Below are positions 23,000-37,400 of a DNA stretch of 64,000 bases, piece after piece. The position numbers and the translations under genes are program-made. This stretch comes from Azolla caroliniana (taxonomy: Eukaryota > Plantae > Polypodiophyta). The stretch's first letter is position 1. Every line of letters begins with the position of its first letter. The stretch spans positions 5,084,001 to 5,148,000 of the forward strand of contig JBHGNT010000007.1 in assembly GCA_043228905.1 (NCBI GenBank), read 5' to 3'. The notes under the pieces were generated by a model. That model was not told the DNA's origin and made no database searches. It was given only the letters and a program-made list of their open reading frames with translations.

Positions 23000-25900
23000 T
23001 ATCAATTGTAAAAAAGTATACATTTTAATGTTCTTTTCATTGAAGTTTGTTTCTAACTTGAATAGCCTTGTGTAAAATAAGAGACATATTGAACCAGATT
23101 TAAGATATTAATGCTAGGAATTTGTCCGAAAAACAACTCATGGAGTATTGTTTTAATTTCCGTAGATGTTGGCATTTTGTTAATAGTTTCCACGACATGG
23201 CAGCATACATATGTCCAAAACAACTTGTAACATGCACACCAAACATTATAGCTCACACACACTTTGAGATATGTCAATTTATCTTTCTCTACTTGAGGAC
23301 CATACCTTTCTAATTACTCACAAAGTTCTTTTAACGTACATTCGCCACCAGCATAACTGGTTGAAGTTTTTATAATTTTCTATTACACGAATTCTTACTA
23401 AATATTTTACTTCAAGAAACTTATGAAACACGTGACTCTTGTGTTTTATGAGATAAATATAAAGTACGCATTACAAATTACCTTGCTTCTATAACACTTG
23501 GTTCTTGTGATGGTTCTTATGGATAAGTATGCACAAGCTCTAGAGTACATTTTGACAATGTATCACTCAACGGTGTAGTACTCATGACTTTGGCATTACA
23601 ACATTACTAACGTAATTATAATTCCAATTTCTTGTCAAACATACGAAGCCTTATCACAATCCCCATCACTCATATCAATTAACTTATATGAAGGGTTGAT
23701 GAATGACCAAATCTTATGGGATTGAAAGCAACTGGCTTGGATGTAACCGAACACAGCTAATATCATTCAAAAACAAAAATGCGACCAACTTTACTTCTAG
23801 TCACGATCGATTCATAGTCTCATGACTATAATTTGTGGCAACACATTAAATTGTTTCTTGAGAACTTGGGCCAACGAAATAAAATATTGGTAACTTTTGG
23901 CAAGCAAAAACCACACATCTCTAAACTCATTAACTATATTATTCAATAATTGAATTCAATATCACCACTTCTCATGGCAATAAAACATATGCCATTCACC
24001 GTCAAACACAATAATTTATATCAATTTACAATTTACAATTTCCAAATGTGATTAGAACACCCAATGTGCCTTGTATCATTCACAAATTTTTAAACATAGT
24101 TACAACCAATACATTCAAATCATCATGATTATGAAAAAGATAATGGTTTTCCATTTGGAAGTTTTGATACAAAAAATGACTTTGACAATATCAAACACAT
24201 GATGAGCTATTTTATCACAATATGTGCATGTGAGAGGAGTTTGATTACCTTTTCAATCATCTATTCCCCCCCATCTTTGTCTACTTGTTTCTTTCATGTG
24301 ATTGTCTTATTTGTTGACCATGTCTTGGAACTCTAGATTTGATAAAATTGTTATCTTGATCTTGATTGATTTATTTATCAATTTGAATGAAGTCTTCCTT
24401 GATGATTTGATCTTAGCACCATCCATGCTTCATTAGAATCTTCCTTAGCTTGAGTAAATCATAGGACTTTCATGCAATCGTTAGAAGTTTGAGAGCTAGA
24501 TAAAATATCTTGTTCTTCTAATTTTGGAGTTAGATATGATTAAAGAACGAAGTATCAAGAACATGCATAGAAGTTTTAAATATTTTTTGTACGTCCTTTG
24601 GCAATCATTCTTAATATATTCTCACAATCTCGTCATCATCAACCATATGATCAAGTGACTAGTTTCAATGTAATCCAAGTTTTTTAATAATGTTTTTCCA
24701 TATAATCCACAAATATATATCTATCTTCATTTTGATATGCTGGCAATTCTTTTTAATCACATTTACCTTGCCAATGTTCTATCAACAAACATTACTCATA
24801 TATTCCATTGTTGCACACTTCTTCATGTATTGCATGTATGAAGTCGATACATATTAGAAATTGCTATCACACCATCATTGTATTTGGTGGCCATACTTTT
24901 CCTTGAAGTTCCATTATTTCGACACTTGTACTTATATTTTCTTTCTTCAATTCATCACTATTCTCGACAACATTTTATCCATGGAGTGATTGAATACATA
25001 TATCAATTTTATACTTCCAAGATGGATAAACATTTCCACATACATATATGTGCAAATAATCTAATTGGCATTGTGGTCAATCCAAACTAAAATGCACACC
25101 ATGCTTTTTATTTAAAAAATACTTGTGAAGATTTTCCATTTTTTTTGTCAGCATAACTTAATTGGCTATATTTTCTAGACTAGGTTTCTTGTTTCTTTTC
25201 TTTTATATCATTATAGAAGGTAATCTTCCCAATATTCCAATACAACTAAATACTAGCAAATTAGATGAGGACATTAGAAGTCTTATTACCCAATACTAAT
25301 AAAACTAGAAACAAAACAATGAGGCAATCCTTTTAAACAGAGTCATGAGCATCTGACAAACGATTGAGAGTAATACCATTGCTAATATTTCTCGTTTATT
25401 TAGTATAGCTGCATTTATGTATTTGTCTTCTTATATTTGTAGTACAAGAAGTAGTTATTGTAGAAAGGCTTTGGTGCATTTGCATATCTCTCCTACTCCA
25501 CAACATTGGAAGGTTTGTAATAAATTCTCTTTTGTGAAAGCATACATATTTAGCTTCTCTTGATGAAGATAAAGCAAAAATTATTTCAAATTTCAACGAT
25601 GAAGATGAATTATGTGACTCACAATCTCTAAAAAATGTATGGTGCTAGTAATAAATATACATCTATCAAATACACTCATTGAATAAGTTTTATGTCAAAG
25701 AATTTTTACTATTTCTCTAACACAGAAATTAAAGCAAAGTCCGTGTCATGAACAAAAAGAGGGACCTCTCCATGAACACTAAGATGTCTTTTGAAATGAA
25801 CGTTCTTTTTGTTGCTCCTAAACTAAGCAATGTTTGCTTCACATGTCCTAAAATAGGCTTTTGGTGTTTGTGGCTTTTTTAATAGCTCAACTATTAGAGA

Positions 25901-26000
25901 TATTGCCTTAGTGTACATTGACAATGGTTGCTTTCCGCATGGAAAGGTTCTAGTTTATGTAACAAAATACTTAAAGTTGTATTCATTCATTGTTTGGTGA
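23000..26000 (-). mobile_element. Highly degenerate Helitron-like (Pif1 helicase) remnant
   Basis: Minus-strand traces appear in the expected order: NGTSRKS (Walker A-like, ~24900), GVIAISN (GVAAFN-like, ~24860), RYIFVD (Walker B-like, ~24715). Boundaries are uncertain. Confidence 0.35.
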
Positions 26001-26827
26001 GGTCATGGCTTCTTCTATCTTTTGGTCAACAATTTTTGTTCGCTTCTTTGGCGAAGGAGATCTACATTAGAGCCTATCCTTGTCCAAACATTTCAATTGT
26101 TTTGGAGAATATTTGTGCGCATGTGGTCTTTTGACACAATCACCCATCCAGAGAATAGTTTTTTGACCATTTCATCATTGCAATTGCATCTCATTATGTT
26201 TATTTGTTGCTCTTTAATTCTCATAGTCTCTTGATTTTCATTTTTGGCATGTAAATCAACTATGAGGTTATGTAGTGTAGTTGTTAAAGCTTATTCATAA
26301 TTATTCTCGTGAGTCAAGTGGGTCATTTATTCTACCAAGATTTGTGTGTGAGCCTCATTGAGCTTGACTTCTAGTTGTTAGATCAATTTGGTGGCAATCT
26401 TTTGTGTCACTCATACTTCTTCCGTCCTTTTCTATAGTGCTTATCATTATTCTCGAGCATTTTTCATTTGCATCTATTGGTTAGCATTATGGTTTTCTAC
26501 CCTCCACCACCTCATTTGTTTTCTTGATGTTGGTTGATTTGTTTTCACTCATTTTTCCAGCATTCAAAAATTCTATAATTCGTATAGATAATAGTAGCTA
26601 AATGTTCTTTTGGAAGGCCCTTACCATGTCCTTCTCTATTATTATAACGAGTTGGGATTTATTGGCTATTAAGTCCTTGGTACCATAAATAGTATAGTTG
26701 GTTTGGCATGCACTACTACAATATGCCTACATCAAATGCTACAACTTTATTATTTGGTGAATTCAAAAGAATGGAGGTTTCCATCATAAAAGCACATTGA
26801 CATTTAAAAATGATGGAACAAAACAAC

Positions 26828-27593
26828 TAGGAATCGTCGACGGTTCAGTTTAGGCTTAACCGATTTGGCCTTACCCAAGCCAAACTAGTTAAGCCTAAAC
26901 CGTTTTGGGGTTCCCAAACCAAACTGATCCCTAAACCGGTTTAGGCTAAATCGGCTTGGCCTAAACCGGATTGTGAATCGGTTTGGGACAAAAAACCTTT
27001 AGAGGTGTGAAGAAACCAAAAACACATTACTACCACTTCCTCCTACTCTTGTTGTCCTCCTCATAACTCCCACCCCCCTCGGCCTTACCACAAATGAGTC
27101 CTTCAACTCCCAACCCCACCTCCACGACTCCCTCTCTGTAGACTACTGCGATTGATCAGTCAATGTAACCCCTCCCAAACCTCTCGATTGCTATTGCCCA
27201 TCCCTCAACCACCTTCACATCAAACTCACCGTGTCCTAGGTCCTAGGTCCAATTCAGAGAGAATTGGAGCCTCAACTAAGTGAAAACACCTATATGTACA
27301 TAAAGAAAGAAACAATGTATATAACTCCACTATCCAGGCTCTCTCTCTCTCACAAGTCTTTGTGGAGATGCGTCACTCAATAGTCTCTCTCTCTCTAAGT
27401 TCTATCTTCTATCTTTCTAAACCCTCAATATTAAATAAGATAAACAGCTTAACCGGTTTGAGCCGGTTTGGCAAGGCTCAAGCCGAGCAAAGCAAAGCTC
27501 AAACCATTTAGGTAGGCTCAAGCCTAAAGAGACCCAAGCCGTTAAACCGTTTTAAACCATGTTAGGCTTGAGCCGAGCTGTTGTCGATCCCTA
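26828..27593. mobile_element. Non-autonomous hAT MITE
   Basis: TIRs TAGGAATCGTCGAC and GTTGTCGATCCCTA (TAGGGATC-type); 8-bp TSD AAAACAAC/AAAATAAC (7/8 match); many subterminal AAACCG/CGGTTT motifs. Confidence 0.8.
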
Positions 27594-30500
27594 AAAATAA
27601 CTAGTATCAGAGTATACTCTAACTTTTAGTTATAGCAAAATATAATAGACACAATACGCATAAAATTACAAGAGTTAAACACTCCAAACTCAAAAGATAT
27701 ATCCTTATATTCTTGGGGATAAGGGTTCAGTATAGTCTCACAAACTATTCTTTCAATTTTGTGTATCCTATTTGTTTTTTTTGTTTTTTTTTTTTCCAAA
27801 AAAAACTCCTTCCATTAGTTATAAAATTTTACAAATGAGACAATTATGTACAAATCCCTAAAGGGACGCGATAGTTCCATCTAATGTGGAAGCCCACTGA
27901 CTCAAGAAAGGGAGAGGACGACCATTGTTGGATGAAGGCTATGCGTTGTCTTTCAACTCCCTCGGAGCCACCTTTAAGGCCATCATATTGGCTCTTCAGA
28001 GTGGCTACAATTTCACTCCATATCTCTTGCAGTAACCTTGTTGGATGGGTGGTTTGGTTGGAGAAGACTCACCTACATCGTTGTTTCCATAGAATCCAAA
28101 GGGTTATTGGGCTAACCAATTCCATGTGTATCCTATTTGCATTTTGATGCCATAATTAGTAAAAAAATGTGTATTTTATGTATAGAATATGTTGAATAGA
28201 ATTTATTGATCCAATTACAAACCCACCCGACTATTGTAAGATTACCAATGGGAATAATAGTTCGTGATCATGAAGATCTCCAAGTTGTAGCACACCGATT
28301 GCCTCACCTTTTACCAATGTAGCTTTCCGTCTATCTTCTCTCTTTTGAATTTACCCTTTCCTAGTTCTTGCACCCCTCCTCCAAGTAATGAAGAAACCCT
28401 AATGATCCTCTCCCACAACCCTAGGAGAATACTTTTATGAAAAAGAAGGAAGATTAGTAATAAGTTATAACAACCCTAGAACGAGGAGTACCAAACCTTA
28501 AACCTTCTTGTAAAGAAGAAGAAGAGAATGAATCCCAACCCTAATAATTTATCATGAATGAATGGGAGGAGTCCCTAACCTTCCACCCTCCCTCCTAAGG
28601 AAACAATAGAAGAAGAACAAGAAAAAGGAAAACTCCAAATCCTAAAATGCTCCTCTTCCCCTCTCCTCTCCTTAAAAAGTCAACAATACACTTTCCCTTG
28701 TTCCCTTTATACATATAGTGAAAGGGGAATACAACATAAAAGCCTTATTTTATTGGTATTCCCAAAAACCTCTCAACCTTTCCACATGTGGAGAACTTCA
28801 AAAAACATGGTCTAGATACACTTTTATTGATCTTGTTTACATATATACTCTCCCTAATCCTTTACACCGTCTGTATGCTCTCAAACCCACCCCATCGTGA
28901 ATATTGAACATAATTTATCTTTAGAATATATATTCTACGTACTTAAAAAAAAGGTAGAATATGTAGCATATGTATTGTATGCATGTTGTACAATAAATGT
29001 TCTACAACTATGCTTTACACCAACTTGGAGTTTGTCAATTTGGATCACGGATGGTGTTTCGAGTATTCTTTTCATTCTACTATTTTGTTGTTGTATACTT
29101 TGACTAAGGTGGTGTGGTTTTCAATATTCTCAATTAGTTTGTGGACTTCTATATAGGACTCCATACCCAACATTTCCTCTTCCATCTCAACATGTGTTCT
29201 TCAAGTGGCATCATGTTCTCATGTTCTTCTATGGTTTCTACGTGCGTGAACATGCCATACTCATACAAGTTGGTTCTTCATCCTCAAGTATGGAGCTCTC
29301 TATATATTCTTCTTGTCTTACTAGGCTACTTCTTTCCTTAGTACACTGTTGTCCAAATGTTTAAACTACATATAGTTGATGATGTTGTCATGGTATTGGT
29401 GTAGTCCCTATGCTTCCTGTTCAACAAGTTTGTATCCCCTCTCCTAGAATTGGGGTGTTAGTTGGGTTATTATAGCATGTTTCTAGGAAAGTGTTCAATG
29501 ACTTCTTCTTCTACTTCTTCAAGGATGCGTAACTACCTTGGCAACAAGCTTTAATCCACGAGACCTATGTTACCCTCTTGATGAAGTCACACATGGCCTC
29601 ATCTAGATTGCTTGTTTACGAGATGAAGTGTGCTTCGCAAGGTTCATAGAGAAGAGGATCTGATGGTGTAGCAATACCAAACATAATGTAGAGACAGCCC
29701 ATATATCCAAGTTGACGACTTACTAAACAGAAAGTCCCTATGGATTTTTTGGAACCTTCTAGTGCACTTTATGCAAGCATGTAGTTCATGGTGTTGGAGG
29801 AAAATGGTTCACTTGCTTTATTCAATACATTCAACCAATCAATAAAGTGGCAACTCACAATGCCAAATTTTGGGTTGAACGTTGATGAGTTTAAAATCCT
29901 TAATGAAAGGATTTATGAGAAGAACCATCTAACTCAATTGATGTTCTTTATTTGGTGACCAATTTCAATTGGCAATGGAAAATTTTGAAACCACCACACA
30001 AAGAATAGAGAAAGAACAAAACAAGGAACAACATAACCTAGTCTACACAAAGCCACCAATCTTGCTGAGACCAATTTCAAGAGTCAACTCATAAGCTTGC
30101 TACACACAATTGTTCGTCTCTTCTGACATCAATTTTCCATCCTCCCTATTTCTACACTATTTCTACACTATTTCTACACATACAAACAAACATAGTAGGT
30201 AAAATTTGTGTTCGTCTAGTATAACATTCGTTTTCCTATGTTGGAAAACGAATGCGAATGTTATCCACATTCTTGTATTTTTTTTGTTTTTTTTTCATTT
30301 TTAGGCTTATCTACCTCATAATAAATAGTTAATCCAAAAGTATGGTATTTATCATTCTTTGAGGGTGTTTTTCTTTCGTGAATGATTGAAACATCCGCAA
30401 GTGCGAATGCACATATGGTATGTATGGTTCATACTATGCAAACAAACATACCCCTAAGGATTTTACATACATATATATGTATTTACATATTTGTCCCTAA

Positions 30501-31439
30501 CCAATTACAAACAGCCAGATCAGCTAAATTAACACACATATTTGGAAGAGAACTTGTTCACGCTCAAATCTTATAAATGAGATAGGTATTGACATTATGC
30601 ATTAAATTATAGTTGATTTCTCCATGATCCTATAACCGCATGAATCAAGCATTATTAAACAATGATTAACTTCTTTTAGAACAATGATTGTGCAACAAGT
30701 ATTATTAATCAGATAGCAATACATTATCATATAAAATTCAGGAGTAATATCATTTAAACATGATTGAAAACATTATCACAATTTTTGGTCTAATCACCTT
30801 TTATATGTCTAAATTTCGAGTGACATCTATGAATTTGCTTATTCACAACTTAAAATTTTGGATATTTATGAATTACAGTAACTTGACAACTAGTTTTGGA
30901 ATAACAATTGTTCAGGAAGCTCATATGTAACATAATTTTATGCATATATTATTTGATATTTACAAATCTAATGCATGCAAACTTAAAATAGTTGTAGTCA
31001 AGCTCAGATGTTCAGATTGCAAGTCGATGGAAAGGTATTTGGCAATTTGCCAAGCAATAAAAACCCTCCCTTACAATAGCACTTCCTTTTCTAACACTTG
31101 TTAGAAACTTGGATTGCGTCATTTTAGATAGTCCACTCAAAACACAACCATTTTTCATCACATTTACTGGATCAGGCTGCTTTGAAAGGTAAGGTTCACA
31201 ACTTTGACATTTGCATGCAAACTTAAAAATAATAATTCCCAATTGCAAGAATAATGCTCATGTAACTCTTGACTACATCCTGCTTGCTTTTTCAAACATA
31301 TCACTCTGGGTATGTATTTTAAACGATACAAAATTTAAGGCTTACAAATGGGCTCAAATTAGTCAAAACCAATTAGGTTAATACCCTTTATTTTTATGCC
31401 GCATAAACAAAAATCAAGACTAACTTTATTTAACTGCTT

Positions 31440-34400
31440 TTACCCTACTTGGACACCAGGTGTTACTTGATTTCCTTCTTCAGAGATGGTTGCTGATTCC
31501 TCCCTGCATCCAACATATATTTATCATGAGATTGGTGAATTCCCTCGAGTACTTTGTTTACATATGCAACACCAAGATCAAACAAATCAATACCTCTCAA
31601 CATTCTCACCAACTTCAAGCCGCAGATAGCTCCCAATATTAATAGGAAATCCTGTCTGCTTTGAAAGATCCTCAAGAACAGCCTATACCACAGCAATAAT
31701 CAACATGAATATATACCATGCATAAAATATAAGATTTGTTGAGATACATAGTCTACACCATAAATGAACATATTACAACATGAAATAAAATGGGTAAAAC
31801 ACCATCTGGTTGAAAAATCCTCAAGGACAACACTAATTAACATGTATATAAACAACCTATACCATATAAGATTTGTCTACATACATAAACAGCCCACACC
31901 ATTCAGAATGTATAACATAAACTGGAAAGAGTGGAACACCAAAACATGCCTAGATAAAATAAGACCTATGGGGCCAAACTGAAACATACCCTCAATGTGA
32001 AAGAGTTTTACTAATGAATGTTGCGATTGAGAATATACATTGTCAATGAGAGGGAAATCTGTGTATTATAGGCCGGGGTTTAAAATGTGGTGAATAAAAC
32101 TCGAATATAAATGTATGTGAACGATTATTGCAGGGAGTGTGGCACTTGGACATGACAACTTGTTTAAGGCAAAACATGCATAATTCATGAGTATTCTCAC
32201 CGATGCTATCTCACATCAACGAGAATGTGAACTAAAAGAATGCATTTTATATATAATATGAAGTGTGAAGCATGAGCTCCCACCTCTCTCCAAACATTGC
32301 AAAAAAGTCCCATTCACAAAGGACTCTACAAAGGCACCATGAAGTCTATTGCATCATCTTCAAAAGCATTTAAGCATATCTTGCATCCATCCGGAAAATA
32401 TTTTGCTTTTGTGTATTTTGACTTTTCCGCTGGTTTCCCATGCAATTTTAAAGGCGATATGTGGTTTTCTTTAACTCTTTAGTTATACTCGACGACTGTT
32501 TACATGCCCATGATCTATATTCTTTAGACATACACAAATATACAAACTTTATATTGGTATGAGAATAAAGAAGCATGGCATATACATAAAAAGGCCTTTC
32601 CACACAATATGACCAAAATTATCTTTTGGAAACAACAGATTCAAATCACTATCTTTAGAAATAAGGAGAAAATTAAAATCAGGATATAGGCTGGAAAAGT
32701 TCCTTTGAAATGAATAAAGTTAATATATAGAAGGCCATCCATCATCTAATCAGTTAGTTTATAAAATTTCATCAAATATGGAGGTAAAAGTTTCTTTGCG
32801 CTGCATAACCTTATTTCCCTTATAATAAAAAAACTTGATAATTCATTCCAGGTTTCTGCATTTTGAAAAAGGTCAATGATAAAGGAATATAACCGTCCAT
32901 AGGAATCCAACAGCTCAACAATGCAAATGTACTGTCCATATCTGATTTTACATACATGCATATGTGAGGTTTTATTTCTACTAGGTACGCACATGTATAA
33001 AAAAAACTTGATAAATCCTTCACCCTTATACAACTAACTCAGTGAATCCTAAGCAAATCACAAGAAGAATATATAAAAAATCAGAAAACGAAGACAACCC
33101 AAGAAGCCTTACAGCTTTGAGAAACGATGTGCTCATATTGTGTAGACAGACACACCAATTAGAAGTAGCTCACAAAGACACCTTAAACCCCACAGAGACC
33201 AGAAGGCCATGCACTCAGCCTCCAGATTCTATACTGTGTAGAGCGGAAACCAAATAGATGTAGCTCAGAAAGACACCCTAAACCCTACAGAGGCCAGAAG
33301 GTCATCTTTAGGATATTTGAACCCAGGTGTATATGTTAGTAAAAACATGGGTTACCAGTAGGCTATAATCATAATATCAGAGATAGATAGAAATAAATAA
33401 AATGTTATATTGATGTCTTCAAAATGCCAAGGTGATCTATGAGACACTAAAAGTTATATCTATGTGAATTTTAATTTAGTCAACTAAAATAAAGCAAAAA
33501 CAAATTGTACCTACACCAGGTAGCTTCCCTGTGAAACTACACTGTGATTTAATTACAATGATATTGGAATCATGGGCATTAGATGATACTACATATATTC
33601 CAACGCAGCTATGCCTGTCATATCAGGCACCTGGAGAGTGAGGGAGCAAGATTTTACTATCATCCTTAGAGGTCAATTATTGAGCATGGGACCAAACTAA
33701 ACCATTCTTTTCAGTTAGTATGTGGAGTTGATGAGTGACTCTCGATGTTCAAGAATTTTATGGATGAATCCTTCAGCCATTGACATGATTCACTTTGGAG
33801 AAATAAGTTCTTCAAACTTCTGGTTTAATCAAGAATCTTAAAAAGCTGAACCTAATGATAGCCGATCATGTTACAACCAAAAAAAGAGTTCAGACTACCA
33901 TACATTTGCAATGTCTTCCACTAACAAGTGCGCGTGATCCACCTACATGTGAAACCTGTTCTTCTTTGGATCCTAATATCACATCCTACATGCCCACAAC
34001 CCTAGGTATAATACAGAGTAACTTTTATTTTATGATATAGTAGAAAAATGGTAACTTGTTCCATTAATATGGTTATATTTTTTCAATTCAGCATCCTGCA
34101 AAACCACCATAGATTAAAAACATAATGGGGGGGCCGAGGTGAGTTACTAACCTTCACTGTAAGCTTCTCGTCCATAATATACTTTTGCTCCAAAAAAACT
34201 ACCTCTTCTGCATATTTGCGCAATCGCCCATCGACCATCTTATTGAGGATTTCCTCTGGTTTATTGGTTCCTGCTACCTATTTATGAAGGACAAGAGCAT
34301 TCAAACCCCAACTTTGGTGAAGCATATACAATCATGTTCTACACATAAACAAGGATATTGAAGATTACCATCCCAATGCTACGTTCAGCTTATATGGAAC

Positions 34401-37400
34401 CTAACAAGTTCAATGCCTTATGAGACCACCATACAAATGTTACCTGAGACAATATTATATTTCGTTCACGGTCCCAAACCTCCTGTGTAACAAGTTCCTT
34501 TGATAAGAACAGCGGCCGGGATGCAACTATATGCATTGCAAGAAAATCTCCAACATTGCTCACAGCCACAGAGGTTGGTTGTATAGTTCCTTCTTTGGCT
34601 TCTAAAGTCAAGATTCCTGCAGTTTTTCCCAGCCCTGCATATGAACATATAAACACCAATAGTGAAAATATGAATATAGTTTTAAGATATTCAAAAGGAC
34701 AAGTGTATACAAACACTTTTATTGCTCATCAATGCTGACCCTTAACAGAACGATTGAATATATTTTTACTCCAATCTTACATATGGGAAAAAGGGTGAAA
34801 TTTCACCAAAATAAAACCACAAAACATGCAATTGAAAAAATATAACCATCCAGAACTAAGAAAATCTCACACTCGAGATTAGACATAAGATTCTCTAGAT
34901 TCACATTCTATGGCATCAACTTCACATATAGCTAGCGTAATATCTAATCAGAAAGCAAATATGACGTGTGTTTGATTTCACCATCAAGAACAAAGCCTTT
35001 TTTAGTAGATAAGTTCCAATATCCATGCATTGTCTATGCATGCATTTCATGTCGGGAACAAATGTATGACTGTCCAAGTTTACAACTTATCACATCACCT
35101 ACAGATATACCCAGCCTAATATCAATCAAGAAAGAAAATGCCATCGACATTTTACAACAGCCCAAAGACTAAATAACCCCATATAGTCCTATGAAACACA
35201 AACTTGGCTATGCTGTCAATCTTGATCATTAAAATTGGTATATCCCTCAGTGATTGAACAATAAGCCAAAAGGTTTAAACAAACAAAAGAGTGATTAATA
35301 AAGGAACGATTCTGCCTCCTAGCAGCTCAGGCATCACAAAATACAAATTGGTCAAAAATTCCTAGCCAGCATCAATTGAGGTCCCTCCATACAGCCAAAA
35401 AATCGTGAATATGATGCATGCACTCCTGCATATGCCACCAAGTAACTGCATTGTTTCTCTTGTATTTCTGTGCTCACATCTGACACAACCAAGAACTCTA
35501 GAAAAGAGGCAGTGAGGGACTCCAAAGAGTCATCCAGGTAATTATCTTGGTTCGTAGGTCCCTGCCCTCACTTACACCATATAATGAAGAGGTTCAATTT
35601 TGATACTGCCCTTGGATCACTCAGGAGGCTCAAGAAAGATTAAGACGTACAAAAGGAAGTGTATATTTCCCTCAGGAGTAGAAAGAAGACAAGGAGTGAA
35701 GCTGAAACGGCTATCAGCCGGCCAGAGTATGGAAGCTGAATGCCGATTTGGACGGCCAGCTAACAGTGTGAAGCTGGCTAATAGTTAATAGATAAAAATA
35801 TTATTAGTATAAATATTGTTATAGCCGAAATAATAGTAGATATGAAGCGATGTAGTAGAATTTGATCCGAATAGCTATGACCTTTGATGTTAGAGATATG
35901 ATCCGAAAGGATGTGCCAATCCAATTCGGCATTGTAACACTACATGATTACCTGTAAAAGGGGCATGAACCTTGTACATAAAGGGACTGTATATTGAGAG
36001 TTAATATAGAAGAGTTTTGTGTATACAGTACTCTGTTGTCTATTTATCTATGTGTGTTAATTCCTGATTAAGTTCCTAATTGCTGTGGTGTTATTGCCGA
36101 TCGGTGTTGTAGCCGATTCGGATTGTATTGTGGGCGCTACCCGATTCGGCTGTAGCCGAATCTATTTCTGTTTCTATAGCCGACTTGTCATAGCCGATCC
36201 GGCTAATAATAATTGTTAATTGTGGTCTAATATAATCCATCACTCCTACCACGAACCTTTGGATAAGGGGTACTCAGGGATTGGGTATCTAACTGTGCTT
36301 TCTAGGGATTAGGAACAGTGTAATGAAAATATCCAGTATTTCTTTGCAGGACCGAGGAAGTCATGCAAAATCAATTACCCTATGTAAATCAGTATCATAT
36401 ACAGCTACTAAATCTCCTGAAGTTTTTACATGTATCTGATCAACAGTCACATTTGCACTTTCACTGTTTTGTTAGAAAATATCATATACGCTGTTTTTGT
36501 AAGGGGATGCTAATGCAAATGTTGTAGGTTTAGGCCCATATTTGAATTTTTCCAATAGCAATATTTGATGGTTTGTTTGTAACACCATGCTTTGGTAGAA
36601 TTACTAAGCTTAGGAAATCAAAGGTAAAGGCATTTAGCAAGAACTTGCATGTATCATCATGTTTTTCCTTCTGAACTATATTTCAATTTTCTTATTTGGG
36701 GCACTTATGCATCCACATATATTCCCACGACACATTAACTACTTCAAAACAAAAAAAGAAAACAACTCAGACCTTTACAATAATTGATCCTTATAGAAAA
36801 CAAACTCGATCATATTTAATGACGTGAAGCTTTTGAAACCTTGATGTGGGCTCATGTGCAAATATGATGAGACCAATCCAGAATTTGTACTGATGCAGAA
36901 ACCCCTTCTCAGCTTCAGGTTCTCTCCCATAATGGCAGCAGCTTCATGTATGGCCTCTTGGACTGTAGCTTCACAATTTAATTTGGGATGCTCCAATTTA
37001 ACCCGTTTGGACTAAAAAATCAAAGCAACACTAACTATCAATAACAGATATAGGACACACAGATCATCAATGATCGCTGTAACTATTGAATTGCAGCACT
37101 GAAAATAACCATAAATAATGAAACTATACGAGTTTATCCATATTACAGCCATCAGAGGAGCTATTATAATGCAGTATGCAATATTAAAGATATGATATCA
37201 TTGGAGTCATGCAAAAACTTGATATTTGGAGGAGACTATGAGACTGCGCATATCCATTCATTCATGCATGTGAATGGTTTTCAAGTTAAGATAACCATGT
37301 TAAAAGCCCAAAGAACGAAAACATATTTTATGTTATATATAGCGTATTTCCTTCAATTTTAGGGCCCTGCATGATGTTTCAGAGAATCTTAACCATACAT

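Noticed and set aside
28234-28900. Possible solo LTR similar in layout to 19152-20175
   Set aside because: Could not identify both termini or a TSD.
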